64,000 bases of DNA, taken from the NCBI GenBank assembly GCA_963677925.2, contig CAXXYH010000004.1, positions 1 through 64,000 of the forward strand. Direction: 5' to 3'. Within the stretch, counting starts at the first letter, position 1. The number at the start of each line of letters is the position of its first letter. The DNA comes from Spirochaetia bacterium. Its GTDB lineage: Bacteria; Spirochaetota; Spirochaetia; UBA9216. Shown here piece after piece: positions 20,547 through 31,084 of this stretch. The position numbers and the translations under genes were made by a program. Under the pieces are notes generated by a model. The model was not told the origin of the DNA. It made no database searches and worked only from the letters and a program-made list of their open reading frames with translations.

Positions 20547-21655
20547 ATTAAAGCCTCTTTTAATTTGTTTACAAGTGAAAGATTTTCTTCAGCGGTTCTT
20601 ACACCCAGCCTGATATACCCGGGCAGACCGAAGGAAGTGCAGTCCCGAATCATTATTTTTTGTTCAAGCAGCTTATTGATTATCCGGCTGCAGCCTGCAG
20701 CACCGCCGGGGCATTCGCACAGTATGAAATTTGCAGCCGAAGGAACTATCCGGAACCCAAGCTCTGACAAACCTGCCTCTAGGACTGTTTTTTCCTGCTG
20801 CAGTTTTTTCCACTGCAGCTCATATTCACCGGCGGCATCAAAGGCCGCAATACCTGCTGCTGCGGCGGCAGCGTTAACACTCCACGGCGGTTTAACTGCA
20901 TCAAGAGCCGCGGTAATCTCTGCCGGGGCGCATATATATCCAAGCCGAAGCCCGGGCAGAGAATAATCCTTTGTCATCGATCGCATCACAACGCAGTCAT
21001 CGCCCTTAAAGCTGAAGCGATCCTTTTCCGCGGCAAAGTTCATATAGGCTTCGTCGATAACAAGCAGTGTCCCCGCAGATAAACAGGCTTCATAGACAGA
21101 CTGCATCTGCTTTGCATCTATCAGCGCCCCTGTGGGGTTATTCGGATTGCAGATCCATAAGATATCAGGCTGAAATTCAGCGACACGTGAGCAGAGATGA
21201 CTTGTATCCGGAATAAAATCATGTCGGTCATCAGGCCAAAGATTTTCAACCTCGGCCCCGGTCATCCTGCCGCAGGCTTCATATTCAGAATAGGCAGGTC
21301 CCGAAACAAGGACTCTGGAAGTCTTATCAAGCATAAGATGTGAGAGAAAAAAGACTGCCTGGCTGATTCCGTTAAATGCGGAAACCCTGTTCACCTCTGT
21401 GTTGTGAACTTCAGCCGCCCTTTTGCAAAAGGACTCTGCATATCTTTCAGGATAGGAGGAAAGAGCCTCATCGCTAAAAGCCCTTACAGCGGCAGCCCTA
21501 ACTGACTCAGGAACCGGATAGGGATTGAGACTGACAGAAAAGTCGGTATAACTGCTGTAGGCAATGCTGTCTGAATCATCCGCACCGGAGCCCGGACCTC
21601 CGTGAACTACCGGAGCGGCAGGAAGCAGAGGCTTGAACCGTGATCTATAGTCCAT
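20543..21655 (-). CDS. cobD: L-threonine-O-3-phosphate decarboxylase (Salmonella CobD type, PLP class I/II)
   Basis: HGG, DFSVSLNP, CNPNNPTG, IDEAY, RSMTKDYSLPGLRLGY; cob context. Confidence 0.82.
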   Translation of the reverse strand: MDYRSRFKPLLPAAPVVHGGPGSGADDSDSIAYSSYTDFSVSLNPYPVPESVRAAAVRAFSDEALSSYPERYAESFCKRAAEVHNTEVNRVSAFNGISQAVFFLSHLMLDKTSRVLVSGPAYSEYEACGRMTGAEVENLWPDDRHDFIPDTSHLCSRVAEFQPDILWICNPNNPTGALIDAKQMQSVYEACLSAGTLLVIDEAYMNFAAEKDRFSFKGDDCVVMRSMTKDYSLPGLRLGYICAPAEITAALDAVKPPWSVNAAAAAAGIAAFDAAGEYELQWKKLQQEKTVLEAGLSELGFRIVPSAANFILCECPGGAAGCSRIINKLLEQKIMIRDCTSFGLPGYIRLGVRTAEENLSLVNKLKEALI

Positions 21656-22562
21656 GGATGAGGACTCCGACTCCGGCGAGAAAGACAGTGATCAGAAAAA
21701 GTGATACAGCACTGAACCATAGAGCTGATGTTATATCGGCAGGGACAGGCGCCCGCCCCTGATCATTAAGGACATAATATCCTGATTTTTCCAGTCTTAT
21801 ACCAAGAATTACCGCCATTGCTGCCATTGTATGCCCGGCATTAGGGCTGTCGGTAAGTGCTGCGGATCTTCGTATCAGCTTCAGCGAGTCGCGACCGAGC
21901 TTTCGGGTAATCAGACCGCAGAGAATCAAAGCTTCTGCTGTAAGCCTGGCCGGAATAAAATTAAGAACATCATCTAGCCTTGCGGCAAACTTGCCGCCCC
22001 ACTCATAATCATCCCGGCGGTATCCAATCATCGCATCGCAGGTATTAACAGCCCTGTAGGCCCAGGCTCCCGGAAGACCGGCCAGAACATAAAAGAGAAC
22101 CGGGGATGTAAAGCTGTCGGTCAGATTCTCGGTTACCGATTCAATCACTGCAGCACTGAGGCCCGAAGAATCAAGGCAGTCTGTAGAACGGCTTACCAGA
22201 TGACGTGAAGTCTGAATCCTGGCGTTCTCAAGCTTGTCTTTTACAAGAAGCCCACGGATTTCAATAGCAGCCCGGAACAGGCCCCTGATTGAAAACGATA
22301 ATTTCAAAAGAATCACCGTCAGGATCATTGCAGGGATATATGGAATATACCGAATCAGCCAGGCAGCGAGCGACACGGCAAGGACCGCAGCAAGGGTTAG
22401 CAGTATGCCATAGAGGAATAAAAGTCTGTTTCGCCCGGCAGGTCTTTTCTCCCAAAGGGCTGCGATCAGGTTTCCTGTCCAGGCCACCGGATGAAAACGG
22501 TTTGGAAGTTCACCGATAATAATATCCAAGATAATTGCTGAAAGAATAATTATTGCAGTCAC
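21645..22562 (-). CDS. cbiB: Adenosylcobinamide-phosphate synthase
   Basis: HPVAWTG, LVSR, ESVTEN, YRAVNTCDAMIGY, AARLDDVLNFIPARL, SPNAG. Confidence 0.93.
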   Translation of the reverse strand: MTAIIILSAIILDIIIGELPNRFHPVAWTGNLIAALWEKRPAGRNRLLFLYGILLTLAAVLAVSLAAWLIRYIPYIPAMILTVILLKLSFSIRGLFRAAIEIRGLLVKDKLENARIQTSRHLVSRSTDCLDSSGLSAAVIESVTENLTDSFTSPVLFYVLAGLPGAWAYRAVNTCDAMIGYRRDDYEWGGKFAARLDDVLNFIPARLTAEALILCGLITRKLGRDSLKLIRRSAALTDSPNAGHTMAAMAVILGIRLEKSGYYVLNDQGRAPVPADITSALWFSAVSLFLITVFLAGVGVLIHGL

Positions 22563-24046
22563 AGTCCGATTATCCTTTCCAGAAGTTTTATGTCAATGGA
22601 ATCTTCCACAGTATCGGCAATCCTGTCCAGTTCAAGATCTCTGCGTTCTTTAAGACTGGTTCCGATACCGGCGGTTTTCCATCCTAGCGTTTCAAGCCAG
22701 CCCCGCCTGAACCCAGGCTCATCAAAGATACCGTGAATATAGGTTCCCCAGAGCATTCCGTTTTCAGATACAAAGCCGTCGGTGTTTCCAGCCGAATCTT
22801 CGGCAAAGGCTGAACCGGAATATTCTGTAAAGGTCTGTCCCATGTGGATCTCATATCCTTCTACCGGCGTGCCATGCAGTCTACTCATCGGGCCTGCGGA
22901 GTTTTTTACCTTACCTTTAAACTGTACAGTTTTTTTCTCGGGGCTGAATACGGTCTTAACCGGAAGCAGTCCCAGGCCTTCGTAATCACCTGCAGGACCC
23001 TCGGAGGCTTCAGGATCTGATATTACATTTCCCAGCATCTGGTAGCCGCCGCAGATACCCGCAACAGCAGTTCCGTTTTCGGCAAGTCTGCGGATATGTG
23101 CGGCAAAGCCTGTTTTATGCATCCACTTAAGATCTTCAACCGTCATCTTGGTCCCCGGAATTATTACAGCAGCCGGATTCCCAAGCTCATCCGGACGCTC
23201 GACAAACCTCAATCGTATCCCCTCTTCCATCTGGAATGGATCAAAGTCATCGTAGTTTGATATGTGGGGAAGCATGATTACCGCAATATCGGTTCCGCCC
23301 TCTCCGAAGGAACGGTTGTCCTGAAGGTAGACCGAATCTTCCCGGGCAAGGACAATGTCTTTCATGTAGGGAATTACCCCAAGTGTCGGCCGGCCGTCAG
23401 TCAAATCGGCAAGCATATCAAGCCCGGGATTAAGCAGCCTCTGGTCTCCCCGAAACTTATTGATAAGAAAGCCCATAATTCGCTCCTGCTCCCCGGGCTC
23501 AAGAAGTTTGACCGTGCCGTACAGCGAGGCGAAGACCCCGCCGCGATCGATATCTGCGGCAAGCAGTACCGGAGCATCCAAATATGAGGCCACCCGCATG
23601 TTAACAATCTCATCCTGCTTAAGGTTAATCTCGGCAGGGCTTCCCGCCCCCTCGGCAATTACAAGATCGTGTTCTGCTGATATTTGGTCCATCACCGCAG
23701 TGACTTCTTTCCACATGTGAGCCTTAGCCGCGTAGTAATCACCTGCTTTAAGCACCTTCCATGGTCTGCCCATAAGTACTACCTGGGATTCTCCATGAGA
23801 CTGGGGTTTCAGAAGCACCGGATTCATAAGAACCGAAGGCTCTTTATACGCGGCAGCGGCCTGCACAGCCTGGGCACGGCCAATCTCATGGCCGTCGGCG
23901 GTAGCAAAGGAATTAAGTGCCATGTTCTGGCTTTTGAAGGGAAATACATCCACACCGCGGCGGGCAAAAATTCGGCAGAGAGCTGCAACAAGAAATGATT
24001 TGCCCGCGTCGGATGTGGTGCCCTGTATCATGAGAGATTTACCCAT
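22559..24046 (-). CDS. cobQ: Cobyric acid synthase (CobQ/CbiP)
   Basis: QGTTSDAGKS, PFKSQNMALNS, EGAGSPAEINL, DIDRGG, GICGGYQMLG, GYEIH. Confidence 0.97.
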   Translation of the reverse strand: MGKSLMIQGTTSDAGKSFLVAALCRIFARRGVDVFPFKSQNMALNSFATADGHEIGRAQAVQAAAAYKEPSVLMNPVLLKPQSHGESQVVLMGRPWKVLKAGDYYAAKAHMWKEVTAVMDQISAEHDLVIAEGAGSPAEINLKQDEIVNMRVASYLDAPVLLAADIDRGGVFASLYGTVKLLEPGEQERIMGFLINKFRGDQRLLNPGLDMLADLTDGRPTLGVIPYMKDIVLAREDSVYLQDNRSFGEGGTDIAVIMLPHISNYDDFDPFQMEEGIRLRFVERPDELGNPAAVIIPGTKMTVEDLKWMHKTGFAAHIRRLAENGTAVAGICGGYQMLGNVISDPEASEGPAGDYEGLGLLPVKTVFSPEKKTVQFKGKVKNSAGPMSRLHGTPVEGYEIHMGQTFTEYSGSAFAEDSAGNTDGFVSENGMLWGTYIHGIFDEPGFRRGWLETLGWKTAGIGTSLKERRDLELDRIADTVEDSIDIKLLERIIGL

Positions 24047-24118
24047 GATACAAGACTATAGTCTGTTTGAAATAGACTCAATAAATATTTTGTGTTTCTT
24101 TATAAGATTCTTGATGTA

Positions 24119-25213
24119 TCAGCGAAACTTGGGCGGGATATGGTCAGCTGCGATATAACTAAGAACATTAAAACCTGTCCACTGTGTTACAGAGCCCACA
24201 TCCCAGCCGGAGATATCATATGTGAAATGTCGATTATACTGGAACATAAAGTTCATATTTGTAACCTTGCTTACGTCCCAGCCGCTTATGTCCTGATTGA
24301 ATGTTATAAATTTATCATAATCGCTAGCAAACATAAAACTCATATCCAGTACATTGCCTACATCCCAGGCACTTATATCCTGATCAAAGCCTATGGCCCC
24401 ATGGAACATTCCTGACATATCCGTAACATTGCTGACATCCCAGCCGCTTATATCCTGATTAAAACTACTATTATTCAAAAACAAGGAACTCATGTCAGTT
24501 ATATCTGAGGTATCTAGCCTTGTTACATCGGCTTCAGCAGTAATCAGCGCATCAAGCTGAGCTCTGGTTACTGTCATCAGTACCTCGATGCTGTAGACCT
24601 GATAACTGCCGTCTATGGCTGTTACTGTATATTCAATGGTGCCTGAGAAATCATTGCCGGTTACTCCGGCGCTCTGTTCCACAAAATTTACACTGACATA
24701 TTTTCCGGTAGTTACAAAATCTGCGACTAAAGCAGTCTTATCCGTCCCGTATGGAACTTTCAATGTAATAGTGCTTCCATCAATTCTACCGATAATATTG
24801 CTGCTTAAACTGTCATTATCATCAGCTTTAAATACAAATGAAATAAAATCCTTAGCTGAATTCAATTCAGCAGTTACTATCACTGCAAAATCATAAGAAC
24901 TGCCGTCTTCTGCTGTTACCGAATATGTCACAGGACTTGTAAAATCATTCGCAGTAACTCCGCTTTCCTGCGGGGTTCCGTCCACAGTGACACTCACACC
25001 GGTTGAAGTAAATGTTGCAATCAAGGAGGTTAGATCTGTACCGTAGGGCACTGTTACCTCGATTGCTACCCCGGTTATTTCTGCAGTCACCGGGCTTACA
25101 TCTTTGAAGCCGAATTCAGTAATTAAAAGTTCAGCTCCGGGCGCTTCGGTATTACAGCCGGTAAATACGGCCAGGGCTAAAACTGCAAGCAATATATAGA
25201 TTAGTTTTTTCAT
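24119..25213 (-). CDS. Lipoprotein with two Ig-like units and 4 DUF285/BspA-type repeats
   Basis: Lipobox FTGC; repeated VPYGTD...NDF...YTVTA units; four F(N/D/T)xDISxWDV repeats. Confidence 0.85.
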   Translation of the reverse strand: MKKLIYILLAVLALAVFTGCNTEAPGAELLITEFGFKDVSPVTAEITGVAIEVTVPYGTDLTSLIATFTSTGVSVTVDGTPQESGVTANDFTSPVTYSVTAEDGSSYDFAVIVTAELNSAKDFISFVFKADDNDSLSSNIIGRIDGSTITLKVPYGTDKTALVADFVTTGKYVSVNFVEQSAGVTGNDFSGTIEYTVTAIDGSYQVYSIEVLMTVTRAQLDALITAEADVTRLDTSDITDMSSLFLNNSSFNQDISGWDVSNVTDMSGMFHGAIGFDQDISAWDVGNVLDMSFMFASDYDKFITFNQDISGWDVSKVTNMNFMFQYNRHFTYDISGWDVGSVTQWTGFNVLSYIAADHIPPKFR

Positions 25214-25301
25214 GTTTTTCTCCAGTCTTTATCTAATTACTGGAGATTTTATCGTTATTCCGGAAATTAATCGTACGGATTTATAAATCCGAACGTTTTT
25301 T
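25154..25301. repeat. Direct repeat copy 1 (promoter, RBS and signal-peptide coding region)
   Basis: 148 bp; 7 mismatches to 26853-27000 by hand alignment. Confidence 0.9.
25272..25295. promoter_or_regulatory. 24-bp palindrome copy 1 (candidate operator)
   Basis: CGTACGGATTTATAAATCCGAACG, 59 bp from the start codon at 25213. Confidence 0.75.
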
Positions 25302-25307
25302 TATTTA

Positions 25308-26912
25308 TCAGCCCACCCAGTCCGGCTCAATACCGCCGCCCCAGCCTGCGCTGAAAAGGGCATAAGAAACCCCGGTACGCTCATCATCAGTATAGTCAAC
25401 GTCCCATTTTGACAGATCCTGATTAAATGATTTAGCATAAGCGAACATGTAATTCATATTAGTAACTCTGCTCACGTTCCACCTGCCTATCGGTTGATTG
25501 AATGATATAGCATTAGCAAACATCATAACCATATCAGTAACGCTGCTTACATCCCAGCTGCTGATATCCTGGTTGAATAATTTGGCATTATAAAACATAT
25601 AGCTCATAGAAATATCACGGCTTACATCCCATCTGCCTATCGGTTGATTGAACATAACTGCACCTGCGAACATACCATACATAATAGTAACATTACTCAC
25701 GTCCCAGCCGCTGATATCCTGATTAAATGCTGTTGTAACAGCTGAATCTAAAGTCACGTCAGTTATTATAGACTCATCACTGCAGAACATCATCAACATA
25801 CTGGCAACATTACCTACATCCCATCTGCCGATATCCTGATTGAATGATAAAGCACCGCAGAACATACTGCTCATATCTGTAACCCGCCCGACATTCCAAC
25901 TGCCGATATCCTGATTAAATGATTCAGCACCATAGAACATACTATTCATATCTATAACATTACTAACATCCCAGCTGCCGATATCCTGATTAAATGATTC
26001 AGCATCATAAAACATTCTATTCATATCTATAACACGGCTTACATCCCAGCTGCCTATATCCTGATTGAATGAGTCAGCACCCGAGAACATCTCTTTCATA
26101 AAAATAACATTTCTAACATCCCACCTACTGATATCCTGATTGAATGAATCGCCGGCATCAGCAAAAAGTTCACTCATATCTGTTATTCCGGACGTATCCG
26201 CCATTACAACGACATCCCCGTCATTAATCATTGAAATCAACTGACCTCTGTTAACAGTAATAAAAATATTGACAGTATATTCTGCGGTCCTGCCGTCATC
26301 AGAGGTGACTGTGTAGATCACAGGATATGTAAAATCATTTGAACTCAAACCGCTAATCTGCTCAACACTATCTACTTCAATTATGTCTCCGGGATTTTCA
26401 TAAGTCGGAACAAGAGATTCTACAATGTGATCAACATTATCTGAATATTCAATCTTGAAATTTATTTCATAGCCGGATATGACGCCTTCTAAATCAGCAT
26501 CTAATTTATAACCATTATCACTGTTTAAAAATTTAAAACTGTCAAATCCTATTTCGACAATTACTGTAACAGCAAAGCTGATAGTACTGCCGTCTTCGGC
26601 AGCAACCATATAGGTAACAGGGCTTGTAAAGTCATTTACTGTTGTTCCGCTGATCTGCTCAACTCCGTCAACAGATACACTGACACCGGTTAAATCAAAT
26701 ACTGCAATCAGTGAGGCAGGATCGGTACCATAGGGTACAGTCACCTCAATGGTTCCTGTTTTAACCTCTGTCTTCAAAGTAGAGACTCCTTTAAAGCCGA
26801 AGGCGGTGAGGTCTTTTTCAGCCGAGGGCTCCGCCACCGGGAGGTCAGGATCACAGCCTGTAAATGCGGCCAAGGCTAAAACTGCAAGCAATATATAGAT
26901 TAGTTTTTTCAT
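25308..26912 (-). CDS. Lipoprotein with Ig-like units and 10 DUF285/BspA-type ~25-aa repeats
   Basis: Lipobox FTGC; ten FNQ(D/P)...W(D/N)V repeats; paralog of 24119..25213. Confidence 0.88.
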   Translation of the reverse strand: MKKLIYILLAVLALAAFTGCDPDLPVAEPSAEKDLTAFGFKGVSTLKTEVKTGTIEVTVPYGTDPASLIAVFDLTGVSVSVDGVEQISGTTVNDFTSPVTYMVAAEDGSTISFAVTVIVEIGFDSFKFLNSDNGYKLDADLEGVISGYEINFKIEYSDNVDHIVESLVPTYENPGDIIEVDSVEQISGLSSNDFTYPVIYTVTSDDGRTAEYTVNIFITVNRGQLISMINDGDVVVMADTSGITDMSELFADAGDSFNQDISRWDVRNVIFMKEMFSGADSFNQDIGSWDVSRVIDMNRMFYDAESFNQDIGSWDVSNVIDMNSMFYGAESFNQDIGSWNVGRVTDMSSMFCGALSFNQDIGRWDVGNVASMLMMFCSDESIITDVTLDSAVTTAFNQDISGWDVSNVTIMYGMFAGAVMFNQPIGRWDVSRDISMSYMFYNAKLFNQDISSWDVSSVTDMVMMFANAISFNQPIGRWNVSRVTNMNYMFAYAKSFNQDLSKWDVDYTDDERTGVSYALFSAGWGGGIEPDWVG

Positions 26913-27000
26913 ATTTTTCTCCAGTCTTTATCTAATTACTGAAGATTTTAACGTTATTCCAGAAATTAATCGTACGGATTTATAAATCCGAACGTTTTTT
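26853..27000. repeat. Direct repeat copy 2
   Basis: Matches 25154-25301. Confidence 0.9.
26971..26994. promoter_or_regulatory. 24-bp palindrome copy 2 (candidate operator)
   Basis: CGTACGGATTTATAAATCCGAACG, 59 bp from the start codon at 26912. Confidence 0.75.
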
Positions 27001-27036
27001 AGCGATAATTGATTAGAATTGGCGACTTAAGGATAT

Positions 27037-28164
27037 TCAGGAGATCTTTTTAAAAGAAACCTGCTTTCTGTATTCGGTAGGCGTCATTCCAGTACCTTTT
27101 AAAAATGCAATGTTAAAGGTAGTCTTTGATTTGAACCCGCAGTTAAATGCGACGGCAAGTATACGCTCATCAGGGTTATTTGCAATAAGCTCTTTTGCTG
27201 CTTCAATACGGTAGCTGTTTATATAGGTATTGAAGTTCTGTCCGTACTCTGTATTGATTATCTCTGAGAGCTGCTGTGAACTGATATTCAGAAGATCACT
27301 TAGACTTTGCACACTAAGCTCTTCATCGAGATACATCTTCTCAAGCTCAAGCAGATCTTCAATTCGTTCAATAACAGCAGCGACATTAAGAGATCCAAGC
27401 TGGGATTTTGCATATCTGCATACACTGGCTTCTTTCTGTACTACTAAAAAGAAATTGGGATATCGTAACGAAAGTACAGCAAAGACAAGAAAGAACAGGA
27501 CCTCAATCAAAGTGGTAATCCGGTAAAGCGTCCACAGGCTGAGCAGATCAGAAAAAGTATAAGCAATAGTTGCTGCAAGCCAAAGACCGAGATAAACCAT
27601 CATAGTCTTTATTTTCTCTTCTATCTTTTCTTTATCATACATAAGGATATAAAGCTGTTTCATTACCAATACAAAACAGAAGCAGTTCCAGAAGAACATC
27701 AGATATTCTGTAAGCTCAAAGACCCTTAAAAAAACACCGTCGGCATGCTCCCAGAGCGGAAATGTCATAAGTTTAGCCGCAGAAGGCTGGAGATAATATG
27801 GGATGAACAGGATTAACACTACAGCAAAGGGTATAAGAAAAAGCAAGTCAGTTTTTGAGAATTTCTCCCTTCCGTTCAGTATGCTTCTAAAATAAAAATA
27901 GAATACAGGCCCAAGCAGATAGATAAATGGATAATTCATATACAGCAATGGGGCAGTAATCGATTCTGTCCCCTGCCTGTAGTAGGTATCGCATATTATG
28001 CAGAAACCCACTATAAAAAAGATCGCAGCATGCAGGTAATGAACTCTTTTTTTATCTTTTATGATGAGAAGCGTAAGGACGGCAAAAAGCATCAGCGCTA
28101 TACCGCCTGAGGCTATTGAAAAAACTGTTATTATTTCGGAGCTTCCCGAAATGCCTGACTGCAT
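27037..28164 (-). CDS. Membrane-embedded AraC-family transcriptional regulator
   Basis: About 6 hydrophobic N-terminal segments; C-terminal QQLSEIIN...YINSYRIE...AFNCGFKSKTTFN...TGMTPTEYRK. Confidence 0.9.
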   Translation of the reverse strand: MQSGISGSSEIITVFSIASGGIALMLFAVLTLLIIKDKKRVHYLHAAIFFIVGFCIICDTYYRQGTESITAPLLYMNYPFIYLLGPVFYFYFRSILNGREKFSKTDLLFLIPFAVVLILFIPYYLQPSAAKLMTFPLWEHADGVFLRVFELTEYLMFFWNCFCFVLVMKQLYILMYDKEKIEEKIKTMMVYLGLWLAATIAYTFSDLLSLWTLYRITTLIEVLFFLVFAVLSLRYPNFFLVVQKEASVCRYAKSQLGSLNVAAVIERIEDLLELEKMYLDEELSVQSLSDLLNISSQQLSEIINTEYGQNFNTYINSYRIEAAKELIANNPDERILAVAFNCGFKSKTTFNIAFLKGTGMTPTEYRKQVSFKKIS

Positions 28165-28271
28165 TAGTACCTGCTTTCAAATTTCTAAAGTATCCGGACA
28201 TCTCCATTATCCTTCGCTATTAAAATTTTTTCAATTATTAAAACAGGATTAAAGTATTAGGCTCCGAGAAC

Positions 28272-28302
28272 AAAAAAAACCGCCGGAAAGTTATCCCGGC
28301 GG
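28272..28302 (-). terminator. Intrinsic terminator after the kelch lipoprotein gene
   Basis: CCGCCGG-N9-CCGGCGG followed by T8 on the minus strand. Confidence 0.75.
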
Positions 28303-28337
28303 AGATGAACATGTATCAGATCCTTCAAGTCATTTAA

Positions 28338-29729
28338 TCACCAGCACCAGACATCGTTGGCAAAATATCTCTCATTTATATAACCGCCTAGAAGCCATAT
28401 TTTATCATTGAAAACTAAAGAAACCATAGATTCTCTTATTTCCCATTCAGCAGCAGTATATATCTCATTCCATTCAGAGCCGTTATTGCTGTACCAGACA
28501 TCATTACAATCCCCGTCCTCAATATCCTCAGAGTAATAACCGCCTAGAATCCATATCATATTATTATATGCGGTTGCACCCATATAACCGCGCTTTTCCC
28601 AGTAGTTTTCATTAACATTATTTTCAGCATCCTGGTTCCAGCCGTGTTCTTCATCGTAGGACCACACATCATTACAGAAATTGAAATCGCTTTCTATTCC
28701 GCCGAGCACCCAGATTTTATCATTGCATACTACGCAGCCAAAAGTATATCTGCCTGACCAGTAGTCATCATCATTATTATTTTCAACAACCTGGTCCCAG
28801 CCGTGTACTTCATCATAGGTCCACACATCATTGTAGAAATTATCATCACTATCATCAAATCCGCCGAGCAGCCAGATCTTGTCGTTGTACACCACACAGC
28901 TGAAATCTTCTCTGGCTGGCCAGTATTTAGGATAATTTTTTGTATCCCGAACCCACTCGTTTTCCGATTCATCATAGCTCCATACATCATTACAGTAATT
29001 GGAGCCGCTTTCTACTCCGCCGATCACCCAGATCTTATCATGGTATACTACACAGCCGAAACCCGTCCGGCCGGACCAGCGGGTATTGCCGTCCTTATCT
29101 TCGACCTCATCCCAGAGGTTCTTATCTTCATCATAGGTCCAGACATCATTACAGTAACTGCCGTCGTATCCTCCAAGTACCCAGATCTTATCATGATATA
29201 CCACGCTGGAATGTCTATTTCTAGCAGACCATATATTTTCCGCAGATGGTGTTTCTTTCTCGCTCCAGCTGCGGGCCTCAGAGGCCACGGAGAGGATAAG
29301 AGTATAATTCGATTCATCAGAATCATTATTTGAAACACTCAGAACATTGATTTGCGTTCCTACTTCCGTACCTACATTGATGCTTAAGCAAAAATCAGTA
29401 CTTCCTCCGGCGGCAATAACAGTATCAGGTACCGAGATTATTTCACATGTATCAAGATTATCACCCGTCAGGCTGAATTCTCCCAAATCCAGTTCACCGT
29501 CGCCGTTATTGGTAATTGTTCCAGAGATTTCTATTGCTTTAAAAATCTGTGCTGAACCGATATCTATTGTTGCGCCGTTTTCAACAACTTCACCGTTTAT
29601 TGAAATTGTGATTTCGGGACTTCCCCCTTCGGACAGCCCCGGCTCATCAGTGGTGCCGTTCTCACATCCGATGACGGAAATACTCAATAGAGTTATTGTG
29701 ATAAGAATTAAAAAAAAACCTTTCTTCAT
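28338..29729 (-). CDS. Lipoprotein with an Ig-like domain and a kelch-type beta-propeller
   Basis: Lipobox VIGC; ITNNGDGELD...SNNDSDE Ig-like unit; six (Y/F/C)(H/N)(D/N)xIWxxGG...NDVW repeats. Confidence 0.85.
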   Translation of the reverse strand: MKKGFFLILITITLLSISVIGCENGTTDEPGLSEGGSPEITISINGEVVENGATIDIGSAQIFKAIEISGTITNNGDGELDLGEFSLTGDNLDTCEIISVPDTVIAAGGSTDFCLSINVGTEVGTQINVLSVSNNDSDESNYTLILSVASEARSWSEKETPSAENIWSARNRHSSVVYHDKIWVLGGYDGSYCNDVWTYDEDKNLWDEVEDKDGNTRWSGRTGFGCVVYHDKIWVIGGVESGSNYCNDVWSYDESENEWVRDTKNYPKYWPAREDFSCVVYNDKIWLLGGFDDSDDNFYNDVWTYDEVHGWDQVVENNNDDDYWSGRYTFGCVVCNDKIWVLGGIESDFNFCNDVWSYDEEHGWNQDAENNVNENYWEKRGYMGATAYNNMIWILGGYYSEDIEDGDCNDVWYSNNGSEWNEIYTAAEWEIRESMVSLVFNDKIWLLGGYINERYFANDVWCW

Positions 29730-29791
29730 ACTATTTTTTCTCCAGCATTTAAGTAATTACTGAAGATTTTAACGTCAGCCCGGAAATTAAT

Positions 29792-29815
29792 CGTTCGGAT
29801 TTATAAATCCGAACG
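29792..29815. promoter_or_regulatory. 24-bp palindrome copy 3 (candidate operator)
   Basis: Perfect palindrome CGTTCGGATTTATAAATCCGAACG, 63 bp from the start at 29729; flank 29733-29820 is also homologous to copies 1 and 2. Confidence 0.75.
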
Positions 29816-29819
29816 TTTT

Positions 29820-30872
29820 TTAAGAAAAAATCTGCTTTTTGTACTCTGAGGGCGTCAGCCCGGTAAATTTTCTGAAGGCTGCATTAAAGGTAGTTTTTGA
29901 ATTGAATCCGCATTCAAATGCGGTATGAAGAATATTGGCTTCCGGCCTTTTATTCAAAATCAATTTTACTTCTTCTATTCTGAAGGAATTAATAAAACTG
30001 TTGAAGCCTGTATGATAATGGCTGTTCAACAGTTCTGAAAGCTGCGATGGAGACAAGCCTAATTTCCTGCCCAGAGCTTCCAATGTAAGAGATTTATCGA
30101 GATATATCCTCTGCTCATCTATCAGGTAATCAAGCTTTTCTATTATCTTCTGCTTATTTAGTTTCTCTATTTGTGATTTTCGGTACCTAATTTCCTGCGA
30201 TTCCTGCTGAGCCTTTTCCAGATAATGCGGGTAGCGAATTAGAAAGAATATAAATAACAAGGATATTCCGACAAAGGCAGCATCACATATAAACTGAAGC
30301 TCTCGCCACAGGGTATTTGACAGGATAAGCAGAAAGGAAAACGCAATGCTGCAGGCGGTTATAAAGATAAGCATCTTGATTTCCGGAGAGCTTTTAAGCC
30401 TGAGAAAAGCCAGAAGCAGCCTAAAGATAAGTACAATGTAGATAAACAGAGAAAGATAGGCGGCCGTAATTATATGCTTAAATACCACAAAATCGCCTTT
30501 CACACCGGCATCAGGATACATCAGGTTTAGACCCTCTATCAAAATCAGCGAAACAAAAAACGGAAGTGCATGAAGTATCACGGCCTTCCCGCTTATCCGC
30601 CTGTCGGTTGTCATATACAGAAAAAACAGGTACAAAAATGCGCCGATTAAAAACATGAAGGCGCTGTCTGAATATAGAAAATACCTGTAGAAAATATGGC
30701 CGTCTCGCGCATACAGCCATAGGGATATGCACTGAAAACCTATTGATAGAAAAACGACTGACAAAAAATAGTTTGAAAGGGGCTTCTCTTTATGTACCAA
30801 CTGGGCGGCAGAGAAGAAGAAGAAAATAATCGATGCAACAAAAGAAATATGGATGACGATATCAAGAAACAT
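29820..30872 (-). CDS. Membrane-embedded AraC-family transcriptional regulator
   Basis: Hydrophobic N-terminal half; SQLSELLN...FINSFRIE...AFECGFNSKTTFN...TGLTPSEYKK. Start chosen at ATG 30872, after TTGTTA-17-GATAAT; the track gives 30896. Confidence 0.88.
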   Translation of the reverse strand: MFLDIVIHISFVASIIFFFFSAAQLVHKEKPLSNYFLSVVFLSIGFQCISLWLYARDGHIFYRYFLYSDSAFMFLIGAFLYLFFLYMTTDRRISGKAVILHALPFFVSLILIEGLNLMYPDAGVKGDFVVFKHIITAAYLSLFIYIVLIFRLLLAFLRLKSSPEIKMLIFITACSIAFSFLLILSNTLWRELQFICDAAFVGISLLFIFFLIRYPHYLEKAQQESQEIRYRKSQIEKLNKQKIIEKLDYLIDEQRIYLDKSLTLEALGRKLGLSPSQLSELLNSHYHTGFNSFINSFRIEEVKLILNKRPEANILHTAFECGFNSKTTFNAAFRKFTGLTPSEYKKQIFS

Positions 30873-30924
30873 TTGAGCTTGATTATCGCATGTCACCCAT
30901 GAAATAACAACGGGAAAAGTATAT

Positions 30925-31062
30925 TAAGAAAGCCTCACGGGGCGAGCACCCCGGAGGCTGGCAGCTATAGTTTTAACTGTTTATTTCTAAAAATAATACA
31001 GATAGCTGCTGCCTGAATTAGTGCCGTTCTCGACTTCAGGAGTCACCTCAAATGACGGGTTA
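30925..31062 (-). ncRNA. Candidate structured RNA with four consecutive hairpins
   Basis: Stems GTCA/TGAC, CCTGAA/TTCAGG, GCAGCTAT/ATAGCTGC and AGCCTC-CGGGG/CCCCG-GAGGCT followed by TTCTT; G-U pairs favour the minus strand. Confidence 0.35.
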
Positions 31063-31084
31063 AGTGAATAGTAATTATCCAGAT

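Noticed and set aside
25308-29729. DUF285 and kelch DNA repeats read as DGR template/variable repeats
   Set aside because: All copies are in-frame coding repeats, differences are not limited to adenines, and there is no reverse transcriptase in the window.
30925-30960. CCGGGGTGC resembling the start of a TPP riboswitch
   Set aside because: The required CUGAGA and downstream conserved elements are missing; no cobalamin or c-di-GMP consensus is seen either.
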